Of a stretch of DNA of 64,000 nt, positions 20,759-30,812 are shown piece by piece (position 1 is the first letter of the stretch; every line of letters starts with the position of its first letter). Origin of the DNA: an uncultured Verrucomicrobiae bacterium (GTDB lineage Bacteria; Verrucomicrobiota; Verrucomicrobiia; Chthoniobacterales; UBA10450); assembly GCA_963815455.1 (NCBI GenBank), contig CAWFGO010000001.1, forward strand, positions 64,001 through 128,000. The letters are read 5' to 3'. The notes under the pieces were generated by a model. It saw only the letters and a program-made list of their open reading frames with translations. It was not told where the DNA came from and ran no database searches. Position numbers and translations under genes: made by a program.

Positions 20759-21126
20759 TACTCTTTGGGCGATGTCGTCGCAGAATTATCCGATGAGGCT
20801 ACGTTCTTTGCTTTCTTTCCCGTTAACTTCACACCGATAAAAGGATTGGATTCGCCCGTGTTGGTCTCATTCTTTTTGGTTCTGGATCTATCGTGACTCT
20901 GGGAAGTGGACGATCCTTCCGACACAGCAAAAGGATCGGCCTCGCGCTTGCGCTGACCCACACCGCCAAGATCGACACTCCCGCCAATTCCGACGCCGCC
21001 GTGGCCGCCGCCATGCCCGCCCTCTTTCCCCTTACCGCCCTTGCCGCCGCACCCGCCAAAAACGTTTCCGCTGAAAATCAAAACGCCCGCCAGAACACAG
21101 GCAACGAATCTGGTTGTTTGTTTCAT
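20758..21126 (-). CDS. Small secreted Gly-rich hypothetical protein
   Basis: Signal peptide, strong RBS (aggagaaagga), TAATG overlap with next gene. Confidence 0.7.
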   Translation of the reverse strand: MKQTTRFVACVLAGVLIFSGNVFGGCGGKGGKGKEGGHGGGHGGVGIGGSVDLGGVGQRKREADPFAVSEGSSTSQSHDRSRTKKNETNTGESNPFIGVKLTGKKAKNVASSDNSATTSPKE

Positions 21127-21142
21127 GGTGATGTCCTTTCTC

Positions 21143-21673
21143 CTATTTGGCCAGAGAGGTCAGCGGCAGGACAACCGCTTGTCCGCCCGGTAACACAATC
21201 TGGAGTTTCTTTTCGGCCGTGAAAATTTCCTTCGGCCAATCGACTTTTGTGTAAGCGTAATCCCCTTTCGGTCCGAAAATCTTGTTCAGGTTAACGCCGA
21301 CGCCGGCGCCGTGAAGCCCCGAGGTGCCGCCGTATCCACCAACCGATACCGGGAGGCCGGTATTCTCTTCATGTCCCACTTTGCGATCCTCGCGAAACAC
21401 TGGTTTCGCCGCGGCGCCGCTCTTGTCGATCAACGCGATTTGCCCGGGCTTAATCAGCTTCTTATCCGCGCCGGAAACACGAATGATGATTCGCGTATTC
21501 TCCGGCTTGGCTTGATGCAATGTGTCGCCGATGGTTTCGATTGTGTAAGCGCCGCGTTTGGCCGTGTTATGCACCGGTGTGAGCGTGCCGCCCTTTCGCG
21601 AGCCCGCCTCGACCTGAAAATCGACAATCAATCCGGCAAGGAACAATGCGACGGCAATAGATACTTTTCTCAT
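21143..21673 (-). CDS. Secreted hypothetical protein, first gene of operon
   Basis: GGAGGT RBS, signal peptide MRKVSIAVALFLAGLIVDFQVEA. Confidence 0.75.
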   Translation of the reverse strand: MRKVSIAVALFLAGLIVDFQVEAGSRKGGTLTPVHNTAKRGAYTIETIGDTLHQAKPENTRIIIRVSGADKKLIKPGQIALIDKSGAAAKPVFREDRKVGHEENTGLPVSVGGYGGTSGLHGAGVGVNLNKIFGPKGDYAYTKVDWPKEIFTAEKKLQIVLPGGQAVVLPLTSLAK

Positions 21674-21952
21674 GGCAGTTTTACCTCCGAGTTTTGGTCA
21701 TCACTGGACCATTGGTTGCAACGCGACGTCGATACACGAATCGCGCAAATTACCCCAAGAACCCCGACAGCCCTGCTGAAACGACAAAGTTTCATGTCGT
21801 GGACCCCTCAGATTAGCCGTTGCCCAGATCGATTGTAAAGAGCGTTTTTGATCCCGCCTTCTGCGCTTGCAAATCAAACATCGACACCGAATCCATTTGC
21901 CGCGCTTGACTTGACTCTCTCAACCATCAACTATCAACTTTCAACTCTCTCC

Positions 21953-22023
21953 GCGGGTGTAGTTCAATGGTAGAACGGCAGCTTCCCAAGCTGCATACGG
22001 GAGTTCGATTCTCCTCACCCGCT
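21953..22023 (+). tRNA. tRNA-Gly (CCC)
   Basis: Acceptor gcgggtg/cacccgc, anticodon arm gcagc-ttCCCaa-gctgc, T-loop gttcgatt; CCA not seen (tca follows). Confidence 0.95.
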
Positions 22024-22127
22024 CACTTTGCTTTCATCGCCGCCGATTTGGAGTCGCTCGCACAACGTCCGCGAAGTGCTCAAGGTCGGATGACTCCGCG
22101 TCCTTCGTGACCTTTGTCGAGGTTCCA

Positions 22128-24299
22128 CTATTTCCCGCCACCGAAAAATTTGCGCAGGGTTTGGAAAAGTTTGTTGGGCAGCTCGGCCGCTTTGCGGGCT
22201 GGGTCTTGAAATCCGCGGGCGAACATTTGATCGCCGCCATGAATCTCGCACGGTTGGCTCGGAATCTTATCGACCGGCAGATCGATTTCGTAGGCCGTTC
22301 CGGCTTGCTGGCAACCGGTGGTGGCCAGATGATTTGAAATCGAGCACACCATCGCCTGCTGGATCGGCATGGTGGGTTGCAACGGTTGTGGCGGATAACG
22401 TTGGGCGGCTTTGTTCATCACCTGGACCCAGACAGGCAACGCCAATGCCGAGCCGTAGCCGCGCGGCATAATCGTGACCGGTTGATCGAACCCAACCCAT
22501 ACGCCGCAGGTGACCGTGCTGGTGTAACCGACGAACCAGGCGTCCTTGTAATCGTTGGTAGTGCCGGTCTTGCCCGCGGCCGGCAATTTGAAGCCTAACG
22601 AACGCGCGCTCGCTGCCGTCCCGCTGGTGAGCACGTCTTCCATTAACTGCGAGGTCATCCAGGCCGCGCTGGGATCGAGAGCCGGCACCGAAATGTGCGC
22701 GGCCCGATAAATCGGGCGGCGATCCTGATCGTCGATCCGTTCGATGATGTAGGCCTGCTTGCGCACCCCGGCGTTTGGAAAAACGGCGTAGGCCGCGCTC
22801 AGATCGCGCAGATTTGTTTCGAATGAGCCGATATAAATCGCCGGGCCGCGTGGGACATTCTGGCTAAGGTTGAGCGTGTTCGCGATTTTTTGCACGGCGT
22901 CGAGCCCAGCGAATTGCCCGACGCGCACGCTCATGGTGTTGCGCGAATGGACCAGTCCGTAGGAACATGGCTCGATCCCGCCGTAAGTGCCGTCGGAATT
23001 TCCGGGCGACCAATTTCCGGCGCCTTGAATCTCGCCCGGTTGAATCGGCCCGTCACTAATCGCCGCGCCGGGAAGAAGTCCATTGGTAAACGCGAGCGTG
23101 TAAACAAACGGCTTAAACGCCGAGCCGACCTGGCGATTGGTCGGCGCGAGCGCGCGATTGAATTTACTCTGCGAATAATCGCGGCCTCCGACAAGTGCCC
23201 GAATCCCGCCGCTGGCGTTGTCGATCGCTACGAGCGCGCCTTCGAGGTAAGGCATGGCCGAATCTTCGCCATTCTCCGGTGATTTGTAATTCGCTTTGAC
23301 CGGATGATTGAACCCCGGCTGTCGTTCGATTTTGGTCAGTTGCGTCTCCAGCGCTGCTTGAGCGGAATTTTGCACCGCCGGATCGAGCGTCGTGTAAATA
23401 AACATCCCGCCGTTGTCGATCTGGTCCTGGGTCAGAAGCAGGTTCAAATCGCGCTGGACCGCGTCCATCGCGTAATTTTCCTGGATTTGCAGCATCCGTT
23501 TCGGATGCGTGTTGACCTTTGCCTGGCGGGCTTGGGCAGCCTGCGCGGCCGAGATTTTTTTCAATTCGACCATGCGCTTCAGGACCGCGTCGCGTTGGGC
23601 AGCCGCACCTTTCGGATTCTTCAAAGGCGAAAACCGGTTCGGGCTGCGAATCAGGCCGGCCAGCAACGCCGCCTCGGACAAGTTCAACTTTGAAGCGTTC
23701 TTGCCGAAGTAGGCTTGCGACGCGGTCTCCACGCCGTAACAACCCGCGCCGAAATAAATTCGGTTAATATAAAGCTCGAGAATCTGCTGCTTGGTAAACT
23801 CGCGCTCGATGCGCAACGCGACCATCGCTTCGAGCATTTTGCGACTGATAGTGCGTCCGCCCAACGGAAGACTATTGCGGGCGAGCTGCTGGGTGAGACT
23901 GCTGGCGCCTTCCCGGGCCGACAGGCTCAGAACATCGCGAGCCAGGGCGCGCAAAACCCCGCGAAAATCGATTCCGCCGTGCTGGTAAAAACGCGTGTCC
24001 TCGCGCACCAGCAACGCATCGATAAACAACGGCGAGATTTCGCTGAGCGAAACCTTGAGACGATTCGCGCCGGCCAGGCGGCTGTAAATCTTACCATCGA
24101 CATCGAACACCGTGTTGCGTTCCGGCATTTGCCCCACCCGCTTCATGTCGAAGGTTTCCGCCCAAACCCCGTAGAATACGAGGACGCACAGGCCGATGCC
24201 GGCGACAACGCCGAACAGACTCAATTTCCAGCCGTAGCGGAACCAACGGCTGTTTCCGTTCTTTTTCTTGCCGGATCGGAGACGCGCGAAAAATTTCAT
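22128..24299 (-). CDS. Class A penicillin-binding protein (PBP1A family)
   Basis: EDTRFYQHGG, GASSLTQQL, SAFK (SxxK), SRN, KTGT. Confidence 0.95.
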   Translation of the reverse strand: MKFFARLRSGKKKNGNSRWFRYGWKLSLFGVVAGIGLCVLVFYGVWAETFDMKRVGQMPERNTVFDVDGKIYSRLAGANRLKVSLSEISPLFIDALLVREDTRFYQHGGIDFRGVLRALARDVLSLSAREGASSLTQQLARNSLPLGGRTISRKMLEAMVALRIEREFTKQQILELYINRIYFGAGCYGVETASQAYFGKNASKLNLSEAALLAGLIRSPNRFSPLKNPKGAAAQRDAVLKRMVELKKISAAQAAQARQAKVNTHPKRMLQIQENYAMDAVQRDLNLLLTQDQIDNGGMFIYTTLDPAVQNSAQAALETQLTKIERQPGFNHPVKANYKSPENGEDSAMPYLEGALVAIDNASGGIRALVGGRDYSQSKFNRALAPTNRQVGSAFKPFVYTLAFTNGLLPGAAISDGPIQPGEIQGAGNWSPGNSDGTYGGIEPCSYGLVHSRNTMSVRVGQFAGLDAVQKIANTLNLSQNVPRGPAIYIGSFETNLRDLSAAYAVFPNAGVRKQAYIIERIDDQDRRPIYRAAHISVPALDPSAAWMTSQLMEDVLTSGTAASARSLGFKLPAAGKTGTTNDYKDAWFVGYTSTVTCGVWVGFDQPVTIMPRGYGSALALPVWVQVMNKAAQRYPPQPLQPTMPIQQAMVCSISNHLATTGCQQAGTAYEIDLPVDKIPSQPCEIHGGDQMFARGFQDPARKAAELPNKLFQTLRKFFGGGK

Positions 24300-24359
24300 C
24301 CCAGGAACTATGACAATCTAGCCACAGATTGGCTCAGATTAAACTAGCACCGTACAGCT

Positions 24360-24449
24360 GGTGGATCGGCCGCTCCGCCGGGCGATGGTAAACAAATGCG
24401 GCTTTGCCGCCTAATCTTAGCATCGAGCAACGGACTGCTCGATCCACCT
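24360..24449. repeat. Family E palindromic element
   Basis: ggtggatcggccgctccgccgggcgatg...gactgctcgatccacct. Confidence 0.8.
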
Positions 24450-24485
24450 TGCCGCGAAAGGGGATCGCGTGCGGAGAAACGTCCT

Positions 24486-24821
24486 CTACAAATTCAGCTT
24501 CACCGTGCCTTCGTGCAGCTCGTTCGGGCACGGGGCGTTGGTGGGAACGTCAGTCGGCGCGTCGCTCGACTGGACAACCCTGTTGTCGATTAAGTACTGC
24601 TCGACTTCCTCGCCGCTGATATCGGCGAGCATCTTGCCGTCGATCTCGACACAGGGCGAAAGCGGCTGGCCGCTTTTGGTTTCCATCTCCCAGCGAAACG
24701 CGGGATTCTGGATGATGTCCTTTTCGGTGTAGGGCAGATTGTATTTTGCCAGCACAGCGCGGACTCCGGCGCTCCATCCGCAAGTGGTCTTAAGGTAAGC
24801 AGTGATTTGAGGCGTATCCAT
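24486..24821 (-). CDS. Glutaredoxin-like protein
   Basis: CGWS motif, SGQPLSPCVEIDG. Confidence 0.8.
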   Translation of the reverse strand: MDTPQITAYLKTTCGWSAGVRAVLAKYNLPYTEKDIIQNPAFRWEMETKSGQPLSPCVEIDGKMLADISGEEVEQYLIDNRVVQSSDAPTDVPTNAPCPNELHEGTVKLNL

Positions 24822-24963
24822 TGGGCTCAATTTAGCATGCGAACCACAGCGTCACAATTTTTCCTTTCCCCACGTTAGCGAATCTCGCTCGTACGCCGGC
24901 GCGTGAGCGCATGATTTTTCGTTCGGCGTTTGACCCAAATGCCGCTACAACTTCCTTCCAGCG

Positions 24964-25485
24964 ATGAATCCGTCTCTTCCAATTCTGAGCGCGCTGATCG
25001 GCGCAGTCATTTTGCTGCTTGGACGCAGATTGTTCTGGTTGTGCGTGGCAGCTGTCGGGTTTGCGGCCGGCATTGAGATGGCGCCGCTTCTTGCTCACCA
25101 GCCGTCGCCCGTATTGGCGCTGACGTTCGCACTCGTGCTCGGATTTGTCGGAGCGCTCTTAGCTCTGTTTTTACAGAAACTCGCGATCGGCATAGTAGGA
25201 TTCCTGGCCGGCGGGAAATTGGCGACTGCAATCCTTGCCACCTTTTTTGTTCAGCAGACGAATTATTCCGCCATCACGTTCCTGCTCGGGGGAATCATCG
25301 GAGCGATCCTGCTTCTGATTTTGTTTAATTGGGCGCTGATTGTTCTCTCTTCCGTTGTTGGCGCATATTTAATTCAGAGCGCGGTCGTGCTGCCTTCGAC
25401 GGGAACGGCCATCCTGTTTATCGTGCTCGCGGTCATCGGTATGGTCGTCCAGACGACGGCCATGCGACGGACGCGCATCGTTTAA
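24964..25485 (+). CDS. DUF4203 membrane protein
   Basis: GRRLFW..AVGF; multiple Gly-rich TM helices. Confidence 0.75.
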   Translation: MNPSLPILSALIGAVILLLGRRLFWLCVAAVGFAAGIEMAPLLAHQPSPVLALTFALVLGFVGALLALFLQKLAIGIVGFLAGGKLATAILATFFVQQTNYSAITFLLGGIIGAILLLILFNWALIVLSSVVGAYLIQSAVVLPSTGTAILFIVLAVIGMVVQTTAMRRTRIV

Positions 25486-25525
25486 TTTTGCTGACAATTG
25501 CGGAGCGGCCTGAAAGAATTGGCCC

Positions 25526-25723
25526 ATGAGCTCACAAGCAACTGGATTACGCGTCGCGAGTGTCATTTTTGCCCTCGTTGCCATTGGACATCTGTGGCGT
25601 GTGATCGTTCATGCGCACGTGGTGATCGGCACCACAGAAATCCCAATGTGGCTAAGCGTGGCCGGGCTTATCATCGCTGGAACGCTCAGTATTTGGATGG
25701 GGCGACTATCCGCCCGCGGCTGA
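25526..25723 (+). CDS. Small two-TM membrane protein
   Basis: IFALVAIGHLWR...IPMWLS pattern. Confidence 0.6.
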   Translation: MSSQATGLRVASVIFALVAIGHLWRVIVHAHVVIGTTEIPMWLSVAGLIIAGTLSIWMGRLSARG

Positions 25724-25816
25724 AACGACTTCGTACAACGGCCACAAAGGTTCGCAACGGCAAATAATCTCCTGTGATCCTTTGTGTTCGTCGTGACCTT
25801 CGCGTAAGTAACGGCT

Positions 25817-27340
25817 TCAATGCCGAAAATGCCGGATGCCGGTGAAGATCATCGACATGTTTCGTTGGTCCGCGGCGGCGATCACTTCGTCGTCACGCAC
25901 AGAACCGCCCGGCTGAATGGCACAGGTGGCGCCGGCCTCGGCCGCGGCGATTAGGCCGTCGGCAAATGGGAAAAAAGCGTCGCTGGCGATGGCACTGCCC
26001 TTGAGCGAAAGCCCCGCTTCCTCCGCTTTCCAAATCGCGATGCGCGACGCGTCGATCCGCGACATCTGACCCGCGCCAATGCCGAGCGTCCGATCCGGCG
26101 CGGCATAGACGATCGCATTCGATTTCACGTGCTTAACTACGCGCCAGCCAAAAAGCATCGCCTCCAGTTCGGTCTTGGTCGGCTGCCTTTTCGTCACCAC
26201 ATTTTGCGGAATCTCACTCGATCCATCCGGGTCCTGCACCAAAACGCCGCCAAACACCGAGCGGATGTCGATCTTCGGCCGGGCTTCGTTCACCGAAGTG
26301 AGCAACCGAATCAGACGCAGATTTTTTTTCTTCTGCAAAACGGCGCGCGCGGTCGGTTCGAACTCCGGCGCGATAATCACCTCGCTGAAAATTTCGCCGA
26401 TCACTTTCGCCAGCGGCTCGTCCAGCGGCCGGTTGCAAACAATGATCCCGCCAAAGGGTGCCTGTTTGTCGGTCGCATAAGCTTTTTCCCACGCCTGGCG
26501 AAGATCGACATCGGATCCGACGCCGCACGGATTGGTGTGTTTGAGAATCGCCACCGTCGATTCGTCAAATTCGCCGATCAAATTCGTGGCCGCGCTGATG
26601 TCGAGAATGTTATTAAAAGACAGCTCTTTGCCGTGAAGTTTTTCAAAATGCCGTTCAAAATCGCCGTAAAGCGCGGCGGTCTGGTGCGGGTTTTCCCCGT
26701 AACGCAACCGGCTGACGAGTGGCAGTGAAATCGAGAACGAAGCATCGGTCGCCTGCTCCTTGTTGAGAAAAGTGCCGATGGCCCGGTCGTACTCCGAAGT
26801 TTTAATGAACGCCTTGATCGCGAACCGCTCGCGCAATTTCAGAGTGGTCTCTCCTTTGTTGTCGCGCATCGCTTCCAGCAACGTGTCGTAATCTGATGGA
26901 TCGACCACGACCGTCACCGATTCGTAATTTTTCGCGGCGCTGCGGATCATCGAAGGCCCGCCGATGTCGATGTTCTCGATCGCTTCGGCCAGTGTGACGT
27001 TCGGTTTCCGGATTGTTTCTTCGAACGGATACAGATTTACCACCACGAGATCGATCGGCTCGAACCCGCACTCGCGGGCCTGCGCTTCGTGTTTGGGATT
27101 GCCGCGCTTGAAAAGCAGGCCGCCGTGGACGCGCGGATGCAGCGTTTTTACTCGTCCATCGAGCACTTCGGGAAACGCGGTAAAACTGGAAATCTCGCGG
27201 ACCGGAATTTTTTCTTTGCGCAGCAACTCGGCGGTGCCGCCCGTGGAGATGATATCGACGCCCTGACGCTCGAGCGCGCGAGCCAGCGCGGCGATGCCGG
27301 TTTTATCCGAAACAGAAATGAGAGCGCGGGAAATTTTCAT
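25817..27340 (-). CDS. purH: Bifunctional AICAR transformylase/IMP cyclohydrolase
   Basis: [46 protein letters not shown]. Confidence 0.97.
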   Translation of the reverse strand: MKISRALISVSDKTGIAALARALERQGVDIISTGGTAELLRKEKIPVREISSFTAFPEVLDGRVKTLHPRVHGGLLFKRGNPKHEAQARECGFEPIDLVVVNLYPFEETIRKPNVTLAEAIENIDIGGPSMIRSAAKNYESVTVVVDPSDYDTLLEAMRDNKGETTLKLRERFAIKAFIKTSEYDRAIGTFLNKEQATDASFSISLPLVSRLRYGENPHQTAALYGDFERHFEKLHGKELSFNNILDISAATNLIGEFDESTVAILKHTNPCGVGSDVDLRQAWEKAYATDKQAPFGGIIVCNRPLDEPLAKVIGEIFSEVIIAPEFEPTARAVLQKKKNLRLIRLLTSVNEARPKIDIRSVFGGVLVQDPDGSSEIPQNVVTKRQPTKTELEAMLFGWRVVKHVKSNAIVYAAPDRTLGIGAGQMSRIDASRIAIWKAEEAGLSLKGSAIASDAFFPFADGLIAAAEAGATCAIQPGGSVRDDEVIAAADQRNMSMIFTGIRHFRH

Positions 27341-27360
27341 GGTGAGACTAAAACTGTCAC

Positions 27361-27441
27361 GTCATTCCGAGCGAGGTCGAGGAATCCCGTTGCGAAACCT
27401 TAAGTAATACCACGGGATCCTTCGACTTCGCTCAGGATGAC
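27361..27441. repeat. Family A palindromic element
   Basis: gtcattccgagcgaggtcgaggaatccc...gggatccttcgacttcgctcaggatgac. Confidence 0.85.
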
Positions 27442-27456
27442 TTCAAGCGCCTCGCT

Positions 27457-28401
27457 TCAGCGATCCAGGATGACGTTTTTGGCCGCAGGGTACAGCACCG
27501 GGCAGCAGCCGATCGTTTCGCAAAAGGCCTTGCTGAAATGGCTGAGGCTCGAATAACCGACTTCCGTGGCGGCTTCGGTGACATTGTAACGGCCAGTGCG
27601 CAACAGCTCGGCCGCGCGCTCCATACGCACATTTCTTAGATATTGCGGAATGGTGAGACCAACCTCGCGTGAAAAAATTCGGCTCAGATAAAACGGACTG
27701 CACCCGACTTCCTGGCCGAGCATTTCCAGTGTCGGCGGGTTGGCCAGGTCGCGCGCCAGAACTTCCTTGACGCGTTCGACCCGCTCGCGGGCCACGCGCT
27801 TTTGCCGCATGCAAAAAAATTCCGGGTCCTTCGGCGCGAAAAGAAAATGCGCCATGAGCTCGAGCGCTTTGCTTTGGTACCAGAGAATCTGGGCCGCTTT
27901 CGGCACCGGCGGCTCGGTCAGACTCGCGATGACGTCGCGCTGTTGGATCGACATCGGACGGGTGGGCGCGACCACGCTTTCGTTTTTGCCGTCAAAAATG
28001 ATCCGGCGAATCTGCGGTTCAAGCCCGTCTTCGTTTTGCACCAGCTGTTTCTGCAAATGATCGCGCGAAAATTCGAGCGTGACGAATTGATGATGATCGC
28101 GCGCGTGACGCGATGCCGGTAACGGTTCGTCGGCCACGGCGTAGTAGCCAGAATTGCCGGGGAGATAATCGCCGCGCTCAGATCCCCGTCCGCCAACCGC
28201 GCCGCGGCCGTCGAGATTCAAACAAAACTCGAGACTCTGTGAATGAAAACTTCGTCCCCAATCGAGTGCTCGTTCGGTTCGAAAATCGTGCCATTCGATG
28301 CTCACTCCAAGGCGATCGAAATCGCCGTAAAGTTGACGCCATCCGCGGGCGACCCGGGTCCATGCGCCGTGCTCGGCGTGCGCTGCTTCGTTCGAAGTCA
28401 T
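27457..28401 (-). CDS. AraC family transcriptional regulator
   Basis: C-terminal HTH: RMERAAELL...VTEAATEVGYSSLSHFSKAF. Confidence 0.92.
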   Translation of the reverse strand: MTSNEAAHAEHGAWTRVARGWRQLYGDFDRLGVSIEWHDFRTERALDWGRSFHSQSLEFCLNLDGRGAVGGRGSERGDYLPGNSGYYAVADEPLPASRHARDHHQFVTLEFSRDHLQKQLVQNEDGLEPQIRRIIFDGKNESVVAPTRPMSIQQRDVIASLTEPPVPKAAQILWYQSKALELMAHFLFAPKDPEFFCMRQKRVARERVERVKEVLARDLANPPTLEMLGQEVGCSPFYLSRIFSREVGLTIPQYLRNVRMERAAELLRTGRYNVTEAATEVGYSSLSHFSKAFCETIGCCPVLYPAAKNVILDR

Positions 28402-28422
28402 TCCGTTTAATTTCGCTCCAAA

Positions 28423-29377
28423 TTACAGGCGCGGATGGGGCGAATGCAAGGAGGGTTTCACTTCCTCGAGCGCCGCCCGGTCCCATTGCCCGAGTTTCGC
28501 GGCGGCGTCATAAGTGCTCTGGGCGAATTCCAGCAGCGAGGCATCGGGCGACTTGGCCGTGCGAACAGCGTCGTACAGGTAGAACAAACTCGCGCATCTT
28601 GCCGTAATACGACGCGACGTCCGGGAGGATTTTGGCCCCGGCAAATCCCGCCGGTTCCGGATAAGCGTATGAGTAAAATATCGGCGTTGGCGCAGCGGGG
28701 TTGCCCGGCCAGAAACCGAGGCTGCTCACCTCCTGCGAGTATGCTTCCCGCGTGATCGCATCCGGGAGATGCGGGATGCCTCCGGGATGCGGCGGCGCCG
28801 GGCGTCCGGAAAAACGGGTCACAGCCAGATCAAAGCTGCCCCAGAAAAAGTGGACCGGACTGCACTTGCCGCAAAACCTGGAACGGAATTCTTTGAATAC
28901 TCGATCGCTTTGCACGAGAACACGCCAAAACCGATTCGCATACTCGGGATCGTAAGTACGATGTTGTTCGTCGCGATCGAATGCCACCGGGTTCTCGATT
29001 TCATTCGGCAGAACGTTGATAGTGACCGGCAATTCCATTTCCTGCAGCGCATTCATCACCTCTTCGTAAAATTTGGCCACAGACTGGGGACGCAACTTCC
29101 ACATGCGTGCCGCGCCATCGCTTTTGAGGATGCGCAATTCGTGATCGATGAAATCGAAACGGATTTCGAACGTAAAATTACCGTGCGGAATCGGCGAAGT
29201 GGTCAAGCCTCGAGAAGTGACATAGAGCGTGACGTGCCAGGAATGATTTGTCCACGGAGTCTGGGCCAAACGAATCTTGCCCACGATTTGCGTCCACATG
29301 TGCAGCGTGGTCGCGGTGTCCTGCCATTTTTCAAAAGGCAGGGCCGGCCAAAACTTATCGAGTTCGTCGGAGCGCAT
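28423..29377 (-). CDS. DUF5996 family protein (frameshift near 28590)
   Basis: TLHMWTQIVGK, NHSWHVTLY, SPVHFFWGSFDLAVTRFSG; tail YDAVRTA..LLEFAQSTY in another frame. Confidence 0.85.
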
Positions 29378-29385
29378 CTTACTCT

Positions 29386-29504
29386 GTCATCCCGAGCGCA
29401 GTCGAGGGATCCCGTTGCTGAACCAACACCTCAAAAGACCGCCGCAATAGTTTTCGGCTTCTCATCGGGATTTCTCGACTTCGCTCCGCTCCGCTCGAAA
29501 TGAC
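29386..29504. repeat. Family A palindromic element
   Basis: gtcatcccgagcgcagtcgagggatccc...gggatttctcgact...ctcgaaatgac. Confidence 0.85.
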
Positions 29505-29509
29505 ATTAA

Positions 29510-30208
29510 CTAATCGCCGGCAATAAAATCGGCGAAGGAACGGCGCACTTTATGGAACATGTCGCTCGCTTCATCCTGGGCGCGATGAAATGTGTCTTTG
29601 ATTCGCGTCTTCGCGGTGCTCAAAATTCCGCGGTCGTTTTCCTTGCCACGATCTTCATCCGTTTCCACATCTGCCATGGTCGTCCCATCGAACATTCCTT
29701 CGGTCCGTGTGACCGTGCCGCGGTTTGCACCGATATAGATGGTCCCGACCGGTCGCGATCGATTCTGCAAGGTCACGATCCAGGTGGGTTCGCCACGCTC
29801 ATCTGTACGCAGTGTATAACTGGCGGTTTCAAAACGAGTATTCGATTTCTCGGCAGTATGACTGGCCACGCTGAACGCTCCGCTGGAGTCGAGATTCAAA
29901 CGCGCCGTCTTAATCGTCGCTCCTTCGCTTGATCCGGTCACCGAGCGGACCGGGGTGCGCTCGGAAACGATCCGGCCGCCGGCAACCTCCACTTCACGGA
30001 CGCCGCCGCGCGCCTGAGGATCGTCGAGCATGATCTTCCATGTCTCCGGTTGCGGGTCGCCCTCCGCGCCGGTAACAGAAATAACGTGATTGACACGATC
30101 GCGGCCCAGTTGCGACCCGACGACGCGCAAGGCTTCGTAAGCCGTGGCATGCTCCTGAGCAAAAGCCGGCGTGGCCAAAAGCAGAACCGCTGCAAACGAT
30201 CTCCACAT
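29510..30208 (-). CDS. Secreted hypothetical protein
   Basis: Signal peptide MWRSFAAVLLLATPAFA-QE. Confidence 0.75.
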   Translation of the reverse strand: MWRSFAAVLLLATPAFAQEHATAYEALRVVGSQLGRDRVNHVISVTGAEGDPQPETWKIMLDDPQARGGVREVEVAGGRIVSERTPVRSVTGSSEGATIKTARLNLDSSGAFSVASHTAEKSNTRFETASYTLRTDERGEPTWIVTLQNRSRPVGTIYIGANRGTVTRTEGMFDGTTMADVETDEDRGKENDRGILSTAKTRIKDTFHRAQDEASDMFHKVRRSFADFIAGD

Positions 30209-30321
30209 GAGTGAAATTGAACAGCGGTTAAGGCTGCTGTCCATCGGGTTTTGCGCAAACTCTCCTTCCCACTTGAATCGGCCCGGATGCGTGTCCAGCT
30301 TCCAAGGTTCCCCAATCGCGA

Positions 30322-30723
30322 ATGAAGACGAAGAAAATCGAGTTTAGCAGCCACACCGGCAATCTCGCGTCGATGCGTTGTCTGGTTCGTGAATTTCTCG
30401 ACCGTTATCCATTCTCGGAGAAAGAGCGGATATTGATGGTGCTCGGCGTGGACGAAGCGTGCACCAACATCATTCGCTACGCTTATGATTTGCGCGACGA
30501 TCAGCCGATTGCCTTGTCACTGGAAGAATTGCGCACCTGCGTCCGTCTGCGGCTGCGCGATTACGGACAGCAAACCCGACCGCACGAAATGCGCGGCCGC
30601 CCTCATGACGCGGTCAAGCCCGGCGGACTCGGCCTGCATCTCATTCGCAACGCGTTCGATGAAGTGAATTATGTGCTCAAACCGCGCGGGACCGAGCTGG
30701 TGCTCACGAAGAAATTGGAATAA
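30322..30723 (+). CDS. Anti-sigma factor / RsbW-like ATP-binding protein
   Basis: DEACTNIIRY, RDYG, GGLGLHLI. Confidence 0.88.
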   Translation: MKTKKIEFSSHTGNLASMRCLVREFLDRYPFSEKERILMVLGVDEACTNIIRYAYDLRDDQPIALSLEELRTCVRLRLRDYGQQTRPHEMRGRPHDAVKPGGLGLHLIRNAFDEVNYVLKPRGTELVLTKKLE

Positions 30724-30747
30724 TCGATGATCGACGCGCCGCTGACT

Positions 30748-30808
30748 GTAGGGGAAGCTGATAGCTTCCCAAGCATAAACGGGAGAAGCTGTCAGCTTCC
30801 CCTGCAGA
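30748..30808. repeat. GTAG-type REP doublet
   Basis: tgtaggggaagctgatagcttccc...gaagctgtcagcttcccctgca. Confidence 0.75.
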
Positions 30809-30812
30809 ATTA

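Noticed and set aside
17229..22023. tRNA-integrated genomic island or prophage
   Set aside because: The operon lies 5' of the tRNA, and I saw no integrase, duplicated tRNA 3' end or phage genes.
22021..22026. tRNA-Gly lacking encoded CCA as a pseudo-tRNA
   Set aside because: The cloverleaf is intact; CCA can be added enzymatically, or one C was dropped by an indel error.
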